From: Pristiophorus japonicus
Lineage: Eukaryota
Length of the DNA stretch: 64,000 nucleotides
Assembly (NCBI RefSeq): GCF_044704955.1
Contig: NC_091999.1
Location: forward strand, 32,116,001-32,180,000
Reading direction: 5' to 3'
Shown here piece after piece: positions 37,390 through 49,709 of the stretch. Positions within the stretch are counted from its first letter, which is position 1, and each line of letters starts with the position of its first letter. Below the pieces are notes generated by a model. That model saw only the letters and a program-made list of their open reading frames with translations, was not told the origin of the DNA and ran no database searches. The position numbers were made by a program, and so were the translations under genes.

Positions 37390-38840
37390 GCTATTACTGC
37401 CCATGACCATGCCTCAGGTTATATTGTACTAGGCACTGTCTTTGTTTTGATTTTATTAAGACCTGTCTCATTTATTACTGCACAGGGCCCTGACTCCGTT
37501 GATATTATATTAGACCCTGTCACAGTTATTTCTGCACTAGACTCTGTCTTTGTTTATATTAGATCAGAGCCTGTTTCTCTTTTTATTATATTAAACCCTG
37601 TCTCAGTTATTACTGCACTAGTCCAGTCTCTGTTTACATTACACAGAACCTTTCTCTGATTTCAGGGCTGTAGGCACGGACGCAGTTACCGTTCTGCTAA
37701 ACAATGTTTCTCTATATATTACATTCAACAGTGTCTCTGTTTATATTACATTGGGCCCTCTCTTCGTATTGACTGTACTAGGCCCGTTTTTTAATATATT
37801 ACACAAGATCTTTCTGTTTCTATTGTACTAGAACCGATCTCTGTTAAATTACACTAGATCCTGTCTCTGTTTATATTACACTAGACCCTGTCTCGTTTAT
37901 ATTAAACTAGATCCTGTCTCTGTTTATACTATGCTCGACCATGTCACTGTTTATATTACTCTACATCCTGCCTCTGTTTATATTACACTAGACCCTGTCT
38001 CTGTTTATACTACGCTAGATCATGTGACTGTTTATATTGCACTATATCATGTCTCTGTTTATATTACACTAGATCACGTCTCTGTTTATATTACAAGAGA
38101 TGCTGTCTCAGTTTCCATTATACTACAACCTGTCTCTGTATATATTACACTCGACCCTGTCTCAGTTTTTATTACACTAGACCATGTCTCTGTTTATAAT
38201 ACACTCGACCCTGTTTCTGGTTATATTACACTAGACTTTCTGTCTCTGTTTATATTACACTAGACCACGTCTCTGTTTATAATGCACTAGATACTGTCCG
38301 TATTTATATTACACGAGAACATATCTCTGTTTATATTACACTAGATCCTCTCTCAGTTTATGTCACATTAGACCCTGCCTCTGTTTGTATTAAACTCGAA
38401 CCTGCCTCCGTTTATTTTACACTAGACGCTGCCTCTGCTTATATTACATTACACCCTGTCTCTGTTTATGTTACATTAGGCCCTGTCCCTGTTTACAGTA
38501 CACTAGACCATGTCCCTGTTTATATTACACTCAAATCTGTCTCTGTTTATGTTAAATTAGAACCTGTCTCTTTTTAAAGGCCTCTAGGCCCTGTCTAAGT
38601 TACCATTCTGCTAAACCATGTTTCTTTTTACATTACATTCAACGGTATTTCTGTTTATATAAAGTAGGGCCCTGTCTTAGTTATTACTGCACTAGACCCT
38701 GTCTTTTGCTATATATTACACGAGCCCATTTCCCTGTTTATATTACACTAGACCCTGCCTATGTTTATATTACACAACGCCTGTCTCTGTTTATATTACA
38801 CTAGAAGTTGTCACTGTTTATTTCATGCTAGATCCTGTCG
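37390..38840. repeat. 27-bp minisatellite array
   Basis: (LDPVSVYIT)n-type repeat. Further arrays at 39650-40230, 42335-42890, 46440-46690, 51410-51560 and 56240-56490. Confidence 0.88.
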
Positions 38841-38844
38841 CCAT

Positions 38845-39645
38845 CTAAAAAAGGACGTAGACAAAAGCAGTAAACGATAGACCAGTTTGCCTAACATCTG
38901 TCGTTGGGAAAATGCTGTAGTCCATTATTAAGGAAGCAGGAACGGGCATTTGGAAAAGTATAATTCAATCAAGCAGAGTCAACATGGTTTTATGAAAGGG
39001 AAATAATGTTTGACAAATTTGTTGGATGTCTTTAAGGTTGTAACGAGCAGGCTGGATAAAGTAGAACAAGTGAATGTAGTGTATTTGCATTTCCAGAAGG
39101 CAATCGATTAGCTGCTACATAAAAGGTTCCTGCACAAGATAACTTTTCACAGGGTTTGGGGGTGATATATTAGCATAGATAGAGTATTGGTTAAATAACA
39201 GAAAACAGAGAACTGACTTAAATGGGTCATTTTCCGGTTGGCAAATAGTGTTGTGTGGTGCCGCAGGGATCGTGCTGTGGCCTCAACTATTTACATTCTA
39301 TATTAATGACATGGATGAAGGGACTGATTGTAATATAGCCAAATTTGCTGATGATAGAAAGATGGATGGGAAAGCAAACTATGAGGAGAATACAAAAGAT
39401 CTGCAAAGCGATATAGCCAGGCTAAGTGAGTGGTCAAAATTTGGCAGATGGAATATAATGTGGGCAAATGTGATGTTATCCATTTTGGCAGAAAAAATAG
39501 AAAAGCAAATTCTAATATAAATGAAGAAAAATTGCAAAGTGCTGCAATACAGAGGGACCTGGGTGTCCTTGTGCATGAAACACAAAAAGTTAGCATGCAG
39601 TTACAGCAGATAATCAGGAAGACAAATGGTATGTTGAGCTTTATT
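38845..39645 (+). mobile_element. Degenerate CR1 RT fragment
   Basis: PQLFTFYINDMDEG..CNIAKFADD; WQMEYNVGKC. Confidence 0.8.
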
Positions 39646-41309
39646 GGTACTGTACTAGACTCTGCTTATGTTAATATTGCACAGTGCCCTGCCTCATTTA
39701 TTATTGCTCTTGACCCGGTGTCTAGTTATATTGCATTATGCCCTGCATCTGTTCATATTACACTGGGCCATGCCTCAGTTATTACTGCACTAAGCCATGT
39801 CTCTGTTTATATTACACAATGTTCTCTCTGTTATACTGCATGAGAACACGTCTCTCTTCATAATACATTAGGCCCTGTCTCAGTTATTACAGCACTGCGC
39901 TGTGCCCCTTTTCATATAGTCTTATATTAAATACTGTCTCATTTGTTGCTGCCCTCTGGTATGTATCTCTCATATTACATGAAACCTTGCCTCAGTTATA
40001 ATGCACTAAGCAATGTCTATGTTTATACTACACTGGGTATTCTCCGTTATTACAATCGATACCATCTCTCTAGTTATATGACATTCGGCACTGTCACAGT
40101 TAATACTACACGAAACGACGTCTCCTCTTTATATTGCTCTAGGTTTTGTCTCTGTTAATAATGCATTAGACCATTCTTCTCTTTAAATTACACGATACAC
40201 TTTCTCAATTAGTACTGAACTATGCCATGCCTCTATTCAATTAGATGACGGATGATCGACATCTTAACTCCATCGACCAGCTTTGGTTCCGTCACCCATA
40301 ATCTCCTAACCGAACCAAAATCTACCAATCAATCTCTGGCAGCAATTAGAAAATAATGCCTCTGCCTGTTATAGCCTTCCCTTTATGAAGGGATTTGATA
40401 CGGTTAAAAGTGAGACAGTGTTTACACTGACAGGAGTGTCGGTAACCAGAGGATACATATTTAAGATCATTTGCAACAAAAAAACAGAAGGGAGATGTGG
40501 AGATGTTTTAATGTAGCAAGTGGTTCTGATCTGGAATGCAGAAGATATACACTATCGTTCGTTTTTATGAATAGAGATATAGGGTGCAAATGCAAGGAAC
40601 ATACAGCTAAGCATCTGTAAAATATTGGTTATAGTCCAGCTGGAGTATTGTGTTTAATTCTGAGAGCCACATTTAGGAAAGATTGAACGGCCTTGGAAAG
40701 GGTGCTTGGGGAATTTACTAGAATAGTACCTTGGATAAAATACTTCAATTCAGTGAAGACACTCGGGGCATTGAGATTGTTGTCATTAGAGCGGAGAAGG
40801 TTAAAAAGAGCTTTTACAAACATGTTCAAGACCATGAATGATTCTGACACTTGAAATAAGAAGACAATTTTGCAGTGGCTGACAGGTCTGTAACCAGATG
40901 AAACACATTTAAGGAATTGGCAAAAGAGCCCGAGGCGAAATGAGGAAAAAGAAATACACAATGTGCTGTTATGATCTAGAATACTCTATCTGATAGGGTG
41001 CTGCTTTCGGTAATAAATTTCAAAAGTGAATTGGATAAATAATTGAACTGGAAATAATGCAGGGTTATTGGGAAATAGCAGGGGTAGTGGGACCAATTGG
41101 TTAGCTGTTTCAACTCAGTCAGGGATAGGCACCAGAGAGCTGAATGTGCACGGTGTGTGCGGTATCATTCTTCCATTCTGCGATTCTATATCTACATCAT
41201 CTCTCGGTTCATAAAACACTAAGACCCCTCTCGGTTTATAAAACACTTGTTCCTGCCGCAGTTATTATTGCACTAGTCAAGGCATTTTTTTATATCACGC
41301 TAAGACTTT

Positions 41310-42235
41310 AGAACACAAGAACATAAGAATATAAGAAATAGGAGCAGGAGTAGGCCATTTGTCCCCTCAAGCCTGCTCTGCCATTTAATAAGTTCATGGC
41401 TGGTCTGATCATGGACACAGCTCCAATGCCCTGCCCGCTCCTCCTAACCCTTTAATCACTTATTGCTCAAAAATCTGTCCATCTCTGCCTCACATACATT
41501 CAATGACCCAGCCTTCACACCTCTCTGTTGCAGAAAATTACACAGATTTACAAGTCTCTGAGAGAAGAAATTCCTCCTCTTCTCAGTTTTAAATGGCAGC
41601 ACCTTATTCTGAGATTAAGCCTCCTTATTTTAGTTTCCCCTGTGAGTGGAAATGTCCTCTCTGCATCCACCTTCCCGAGCCCCTTCATTATGTTATAAGT
41701 TTCGATAAGATCATCTCACATTCTTCTGAACTCCAACATGTATAGGCCCAACCTACTCAACTTTTCTTCATACATCAATCCGCTCTTCTCCGGCATCAAC
41801 ATAATGAACCTCCTCTGAAAAGTCTCCAATGCATGTATAACCTTCCTTACATTCGGAGAACAAAACTTTACGCAGTACTCCAGCTGTGGCCTCACCAATA
41901 ACCTGTCGAGTTGTAGCAGGACGTCTCTGCTTTTGTACTCAATTCCCTTTGCAATAAAGGCCAACATTCCATTTGTCTTCCTGATTACTTGCTTTACCTG
42001 CATAGTAATATTTTGTGTTTCATGCACAAGTACACCCAGGTCCCTCTGTACCGCAGCACTTTGCAATTTATCTCCATTTAAATTATAATTTGCTTTCTCA
42101 TTTTTTTCTGCCAAAGTAGATAATCTGAGATTTTCACCGTTATAATCCATCTGCCAATTTTTTGTCCACTCACTTAGCCTGTCTATATCACCTTGCAGAT
42201 TTTTTTAGTGTCTTCATCACAATTTGCTATTGCAC
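41310..42235 (-). mobile_element. CR1 LINE 3' fragment
   Basis: Minus ORF QRDLGVLVHE...RPQLEYCVKF...LEFRRM; antisense tail agaacataagaatataagaa. Confidence 0.85.
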
Positions 42236-43473
42236 CCAAAATGTATTTTTACCCAACCACTTGAATGGCCCCATTAACTCCGTGTTGTGGTCAGTTTACT
42301 CATCCTCCCAGCAGTCCCTCTCTTGGTTATCGATACCCTGGACCCTGTCACAGTTATTACTGCACTAGACCCAGTCTCTGTTTATATTACACTGGACCCT
42401 GTCTCTGTTTAATTAACACACGTCCCTATCTCTATTTATATTATACTAGACCTTGTCTCTATTTATATTACATTAGACCCTGCCCCTGTTTATATTACAC
42501 CAGAACCTGTCTCTGTTTATATTACACTAGCCCCAGTCTCTGTTTATATTACACTAGACCCAGTCATGGTTTATATTACACAAGCCCCTGTCTCTGTTTA
42601 TGTTACACTAGGCCCTGTCTCTATTTATATTACACTCGTCCCTATCTCAGTGTATATTACACTAGACTCGTTCCTTATTTATATTATACTGGACCATGGC
42701 TCTGTTTATATTATACTAGGCACTGTCTCAGTTATTCCTGCCATAGACCATGGCTGAAATATATTATAATAAATTCCTGTCTCTCTTCATGTTACTTTGG
42801 ATCATGTCTAAACTATTAGTGCGCTGGATCCTGTCTCTATTTCTTATACCATAGAACCTGCCTCAGTTATTACTGCACTTGCACATGCGTCTGTTACATA
42901 AGCAGACGATAAAAAGAGAGATCGATAGATATTAATATAAATAAAGATGTGTAATGTGTAGGTGTGAGGATGCAATACTTTTTTGTTTGGAAGTATATGT
43001 TTAGATTTGTTAACAGCTATCAACACGTGTATGCAATCTCTAATTGATCTGGTATTATGACGGTAATATTTGCGTTGCGAGGATGGGGTGAATCTTGTAA
43101 CAATCTCCCAGAGATGGACTGGAATTGAGGGACAGGACGGAAGGTGTGCACTTTGAACTACTGGCAATATCCGTGTGTTGGAGGTTACTAAATCACAATG
43201 TGTTTTCCTGTGTCTATTTCTCCAAGTTCTTTAACATTAACGATTGTTTTTCATCCAGTATTTTCTATTTAGCTGTGACGTGACCCACTGAGTATGTCAG
43301 ACAGAGCCTGGAACCGTGACCTCAGAGCACCGCCGGATGGGCGGCCGCAGGGTCCTAATATCCACCGGAAAGAAATTCTCACCTAGTGAAATGAACAACT
43401 GAAAAGAGAACACAAAAAGTGTTTGGTATATGTGTATGCGTGTTTGTGTATATGTACGTTTGTGTGTTTATGA

Positions 43474-43474
<1 letters not shown>

Positions 43475-43521
<47 letters not shown>

Positions 43522-43530
43522 GTGTGTGTG
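43475..43530. repeat. (TG)n microsatellite
   Basis: Visible. The paralogous position in unit C is the N gap. Confidence 0.95.
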
Positions 43531-43884
43531 ATGTATGTGAGTGTGTACAAAACAATTGCAGACATTCATAATGTGTGCAAGTGCATTCCACAAAGATAAA
43601 TGATTAGCTTCAGCCAATATTTTCCACCATTTGACTTTATTCAAAATGCAATCACAGGTCGGTTAATAGCTTTAAAATGTATTGATAACCCATTCTCTTG
43701 CTTGATCTTGTTTAGAAAATAATGTCACTCTGACCATTCTGTTACCAGGTGACCATTTCTGTCAGCAGTATTCAGTGTGAAACGGGATTAAATCACACCT
43801 AGGATAATGAGCATCCAGACGCCAGTCTCTGCGCTTTATCGTCTTGCAATCACCTCATCATCACCCAGAAAACACTGATGTACT

Positions 43885-44399
43885 CCTTGAGGGAGCGCAG
43901 CCAAAGTTCACAAAACTGATTCGCGGGATGGCAGGATTGACCTATGAAAAAAGATTGGATTGCCTAGCCTTATATTCGCTGGAATTTAGAAGAATGAGAA
44001 GGGATCTCATAGAATCATATACAATTCTGACGGGATTGGACAGGTTAGAAGTAGGAAGAATGTTCCCGATGTTGGGGAAGTCTAGAACTAGGAGTCACAG
44101 TCTAAGGATAAGGGGTAAGCCATTTAGGACAGAGATGAGGAGAATCTTCTTCACCCAGAGAAATGTGAACCGATGGAATTCTCTGCCACAGAAAGTTTTT
44201 GAGTCCAGTTAGTTGGATATATTCAAAAGGGAGTTAGATGTGGCCCTTACGGCTAAAGGGATCAGGGGGTATGGAGAGAAGACAGGAGTGGGGTACTGAA
44301 GATATATGATCAGCCATGATCATATTGAATGGTGCTGCAGGCTCGAAGGGCCGAATGGCCTGCTCTTACAAATATTTTCTATGTTTCTATACTTCTATG
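43885..44399 (+). mobile_element. 5'-truncated CR1 3' end present in unit B only
   Basis: LEG.Q.KFTKLI.GMAGLTYE...RIRGKPFRTEMRR; tail ctatgtttctatacttctatg. Absent at the paralogous site ~54290. Confidence 0.85.
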
Positions 44400-44529
44400 A
44401 TTAGTGCACCTGTACCTGGCAGGAGGTTAATAAATCCGTAATTACCTGGCATTATTTCTCTCATTACACCAGATCCCGACCCCGTCGCAGGTTTTACTGC
44501 ACTAGACCCAGTCTCAGTTTATACGGTTT

Positions 44530-46420
44530 ATGTGGTGGACTTCTAAAAGTTGTTTGATAAAGTGCCATAAAAATTTAAACCCATAGAATAAAGTGGACAG
44601 TGACAGCATGATATATGACAGAGTAGTGGTTACCAGTTATTTTTTGCTGGACTGGGGGAAGGTATACTGTGATATTCTGCAGCGTTTGGTACAAGGAACA
44701 CTGCGTTTCTTCATTTATATTCATGACTTAGACTTAGGAGTACAGGTTAAAATTTCGAAATTTGCAGATGATACAAAACTTGCAAATACAGTGAACAGTG
44801 AGGAGGATAGTGATGACTTCAAGAGGACATAGACATGCTGATGAAAGGGGTGCACTCGTGGCAAATGAAACGGAGAAAAGTATGCAATTAATCACTTTTA
44901 TAAGACGAATGAGGAGAGGAAAAATAAACCAAAGCGTACAATTCTAAAGGAGTTGCATGAACACAGTGACCTGATGGTATATGTGCACAAATCATTGAAG
45001 GTGGCAGGGCCGGTTGAGAAAATGGTCAAAAAAGCTTACATGATCCTGGGCATCAAAAATACACACATAAAGTACAAAAGAAAGGAAGTTATGATGAACG
45101 TTTATAAAACACTGGTTAAGCCTCACCTGGAGTATTGTGTCCAATTCTTTAGGAAGGATATAAGGCCTTAGAGAGGATTCAGAAAATATTTACAATTGTG
45201 GTTCCAGTGACACGGTACTTCGTTTAAGTGGATAGTCTGGAGAAGATGGAATTGTTCTCCTTGGAGCAGGAAGGTTGAGATGAGATTTCATAGAGGTGTT
45301 CAGAACATAATGGGACGAGACAGAGTAGATATCGAGAAACTGTTCCCATTGGTGGAAAGATCGAGAACAAAGGGCACAGATTTACGGTGATTAGCAGATT
45401 GGAAAACTGCAAATATAATGCCCCTATTTACAGGCTAAAAGCTGGAAACTATAAACCAGTTAGTCTAACAGCTGTGCTTGGGAAAATGTTGGAATCCATT
45501 ATTAAAGAAGCAGTGGCAGAATATTTGGAAAATAAAAATTCGGTCAGGCAGAGTTGGCATGGATTTATGAAGGGGAAGTCATGTTTGACACATTTTCTGG
45601 AAATCTTTGAGGATGTAACACACAGGGTGGATAAAGAGGAACCAGTGGATGTGATGTGTTTCGGCTTTTAGAAGGCATTTGACAAGGTGCCACATAAAAG
45701 GTTACTGCACAAGATAAACATTGACGGGGTTGGGACTGAAATTATAGCAAGGATAGAGGATTAGCTAACTGACAGAAAACAGAGAGTCAGGATCAATGGT
45801 TCATTCTAGGGTTGGCAATCAGTAAATATTGGTGTGCTGCAGGGATCAGTGCTGGGAACCCATCTGTATACAATCTACCAACTTTGAAGAAGGGATCGAG
45901 AGTAACATAGCCAAGTTTTATGATGATACAAAGATGGGAGAAAAAGCAATGTGTGACGAGGACACAAAAATACTCCACTACATCTCAGTAGACCATTCTC
46001 AAGTTTATTTTACCCTATCCATCACGTTAAATATTCCCTCCCTCCTCCAACGGTGCAGCATGCCTGCAATGATTAAAATCGCCAAGATGCTTTGCAGCAA
46101 CTCCCCAAGACATCCTCGACAACCCTTTCCAGACCTGCGACCTCTTCCACCTGGAAGGGCAAGGGCAGCGTGGTCATGGGAACACCATCATCTCCATGTA
46201 TCCCTCCAAATCACACATCAACCTGACTTGGAAACTTATTACCGTTCCTTCATAGTCGCTGGGTCAAATTCGTGGAACCCCCTCCCGAACAATGTGGGGG
46301 GTTCCATCACCACATGGACTGCAGCGGTTCAAGGTGGCAGCTCGGCCAATTCGGGATATACCATCAATGTTTGCCTTGTCAGCGACACCCACACCCATAT
46401 GCAAGGAGCGAATAAAGAAA
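44530..46420 (+). mobile_element. Nested degenerate LINE fragments (two CR1 RT pieces, then the 3' end of a different LINE family)
   Basis: [10 protein letters not shown] (44750) and NYKPVSLT...GKSCLT (45450). 46020-46420 gives YYRSFIVAGSNSWNPLP...LQRFK, also seen at 55660-56030. Confidence 0.7.
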
Positions 46421-47584
46421 TGTCCCTGTATCAGTAATCCTGCACGGGGCCCTATCTCAGTTATTACTGCACTAGAACTATTAATATTGTACTCGGCCCG
46501 GGAGCAGATATTACTGGAATATATCATGTCTTTGTTCCTATTACACAAGACCCTGTCTCTGTTTATATTAAACTAGACCAGGACATGGATTCTATTACAC
46601 TAGCCCCATCCTTTTACATTATTAAACAAGACCATATCTCTGTTTATATTCCACTGGACCCTGTCTCAGTTATTACTGCACTAAACTTTGTAACTTCCAG
46701 GCCAGGTTCAGCATGTGTTAGCTACATAATAAAGCGCCCTCTACACTGCACCATCAAACATTCCCAGGCCAGGGACAGCATGTGTCAGGTACAGAGTAAA
46801 GTGCCCTCTATTCTGCCCCATCACATACTCCCATGGCAGGTATAGCACGTGTTAGATACAGAGTAACGCTCACTGTACTATGTCCCATTACACACTCCCA
46901 GGGCAGGTATACCTTTAAGCATAAACCTCCAGTATCACATTAGTGATGTTGCTGTACATGCTGACGAGAAGGAGTATTTCCCCATTCTTTCCGTTATATC
47001 ATCTTTCCTTTATTCTAATAAAATTTAGTGAAATGTACCAAAAAACAATTGTTGCGAGTCTGTTGAGAGATTTGCATTTCTATCTATCTTTATTTCTATG
47101 GTGTGTTGGTGGGGAAACATTATTGTGTCTCTGTCGCTCAATACTCTAATCTGGGACATCTATTTCTGTGATTATTTACATAAAGGCCTGAATGGTTCCT
47201 ATGAATTTTTCATGGCAGCAAAATCATGACAACAGAGTCACTTATTGATTAGTCTCAACTCACAACAAGGGCATATTTTAAGAATATTGACTGTGGGTAC
47301 ACAGAAGTAGCAATATGTCGAACAGTGACGTTGGCTTCAGTTTTGTTTAATTAGAACAGATGTGATTTATATCAAAGGAAATAAATATTAAAATGAATAA
47401 TTCAGTTCTGAAAGTTCTGCTGCTGAAATCAGTGGAACATCTCTGAACACGCTGCTATTCCACTGGATCTCCATTTTGTGGAAGATTAAACGCATTGAAA
47501 CTAAGCAATTTCAACCGGTGACCATCAGTAATATCTGAGCGTTTCACGTATCGCAACTTCTATTTAAGAATGTTGACATTTAGA

Positions 47585-48025
47585 AAAGCTAGCATTTATA
47601 TAGCGCCCTTCGTGACCTCATGATGTCCCAAATGCTTTACAGCCAATGAATTACTTTGGAAGTGTTGTATTGTTGGAAATGTGGCAACCATTCTGTGCAC
47701 AGCAAGATCCCATACACAGCAATGAATAATGATCAGATGATCTGTTTTTCAGATGTTCTTTGAGGGACAAATGTTTTCCGTGGAAACCCTGGAGAACTCC
47801 TCAGCTGTTTAAGATAGTGAAATGAATCCTTTAAATCCACCTGAATGGGAAGATGGGGCATCAGCTTAATGTTTGCCCCAAAAGACGGCAGCTCTGACCG
47901 TGCAGCACACCCTCAGTACTGGCATCGGTCATACGGCACATATTATGGCCTCAGGTCTCTGGAGTGGGGTTTAGTATCTGTGAACTTCTGAGTCAGAGGC
48001 GAGAGTGATCCCACTGAGCCGAGGC
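47585..48025 (-). mobile_element. Deu-domain SINE
   Basis: Antisense Deu core (aaagacggca...ccctcagtactgg...ttctgagtcagagg). Paralog at 57680-58130. Confidence 0.7.
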
Positions 48026-49709
48026 TTGAACATATCACAGCTTGTATTTTAAAATGTTGCCATTCAGTTCATCCTGCCTGAAGTTCAGGACCTGAGCACA
48101 GTCTTACTCCGATCAGTTTATTATCATGCGTGAGGTCTCTTATCTTGTCCGGGATGTCATTTCCACACTGAGGTTTCCACTGGGTCTATATAAAAGTGCC
48201 AGCGATTCCACAAGGAACATCTGGAAGTGCCCGAGGCAGAAGGACTCACGGAACTTGAGTTTTACACTGTGTGAGCTGCAACATCAGAGCAGCTGAAAGC
48301 TAGGATTGTTCTCCTTAGAGCCGCGTAGGTTATGGGCCACTTATTCGAGGTGCTCAAGAATATGAAGAGTTTTGATCGGGTAAAATGGGAGATACTCCAT
48401 CACTCCCTCCCACTATCCTTCCCTCACACCACCCGTCTCTCCTTCCCTCCCACCCATCATCCCTCTCTCCCTCCATCCCTCCCACCCTCCACCCATCTCT
48501 CCTTTCCTCCCTCCCTTCATCAATCCGTCCCACCATCCCTGCCACCCTCCTTCCATTTCCAGTCCACCATACCTCCATTGTTCCCCACATCAATCTCTCC
48601 CTCCCCGCACCCATCGCTCCCACCGTCCAACCATCCCTCCACCCCTCCATCACACCACCCCGCCCATGCTCCACTCCTCCCTACCTCCATCCCTCCCTCA
48701 GCTCAGCCGATTCTTATTTTCCCTTTGCAGTGTTTCTGCTTCCAACGATGAGGATTCCTGAGCTGGAATGTTCTGCACCCAATTCCTCCACCGGGCTTTC
48801 ATATATATTAATAAATAAGAGAGAGAGCGACAGCAAATGGATATATTTAACTGATGAGAAATAAAATGGTGACCTTTCCAGAGAGGGAGTTGGCTGGAGA
48901 AATGGCACCAGGTAGAAATTCGAGTTGGGGCAGTCGGGATAATTTTCCTTTATATAAATAAAAGAAAATATGGGTAACATCTTTAAAAATTGTTTTAAGT
49001 CATCGTCGAATTTCACTTCTCGTTTTCCCTCCCCATTCTCGCTGTTGAGGATGGGTCAGTGCCCGCCTGGAGCTTGTTGCCATTGTGTGTATGGTATGGT
49101 AACTCGCAAGCTCTCGCTACACGGACAGACTTGGAGAAGCAGGGGCTGTTCTCCATACAGCAGAGAAGGGTGAGGGGAGATTCAGTAGATTGGTACCTGC
49201 ATGAGGGACTTCAGTTAAAGTGGAGACTGGAGAAGATGGGATTGCTCTCCTTGGAGGGGGCAAGATTGAGGGCATATGTAATAGAATGGTACCAGGGATG
49301 AGGGACTTCAGTTAATGTGGTGAGAGAGGAGAAGATGGGATTCCCCATTTAAAGGATGAAAGTCTAAGAGAAGATTTGATGGACGGTTTTGAAATCATCA
49401 ATGGATTAGGCAGAGTATATAAACAGAAACTGTTTCAGAGGGATGGCGATTGACAAAGGAACAAGAAGTTATATGTCGACGAAATTCTCTACCCAACCAC
49501 GAATTAGGATTTAGAATGTACTGCATGATAGGGTGGTAGATACAGATTCAATAGTAGCCTTCAAAAGGAAATTGTGTAAATATTTGAAGGAGAAAATATG
49601 CAGTGATATAGGGAAGGAGCTTGGGATTGACATTAACTGGATTATTCTTTGAAAGAGCTGCCACAGACTATATCGGCTGAATGGCCACCGTCTGTGCTGT
49701 ACTAATCTA

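Larger units (their letters stand above)
42850..49140. repeat. Segmental duplication unit B (paralogous to 53120-59200 and partly to 30580-32520)
   Basis: Collinear shared unique sequence, e.g. gagcctggaaccgtga..., gataatgagcatccag..., ctaatctgggac..., ggaacatctctgaa..., ggtttccactgggtc..., ccctttgcag.gtttctgcttcca, with the same SINE/LINE order. Confidence 0.88.

Noticed and set aside
32764-42819. ORFs (LDPVSVYIT)n and Cys/Tyr-rich (CLCLYYTRP)n
   Set aside because: By-products of a 27-bp unit that is stop-free in two frames. The arrays have indels and LINE interruptions and no gene structure.
48332-48864. Pro/Ser-rich ORFs (also 58421-58813)
   Set aside because: Translations of CCCT/CCAT low-complexity tracts.
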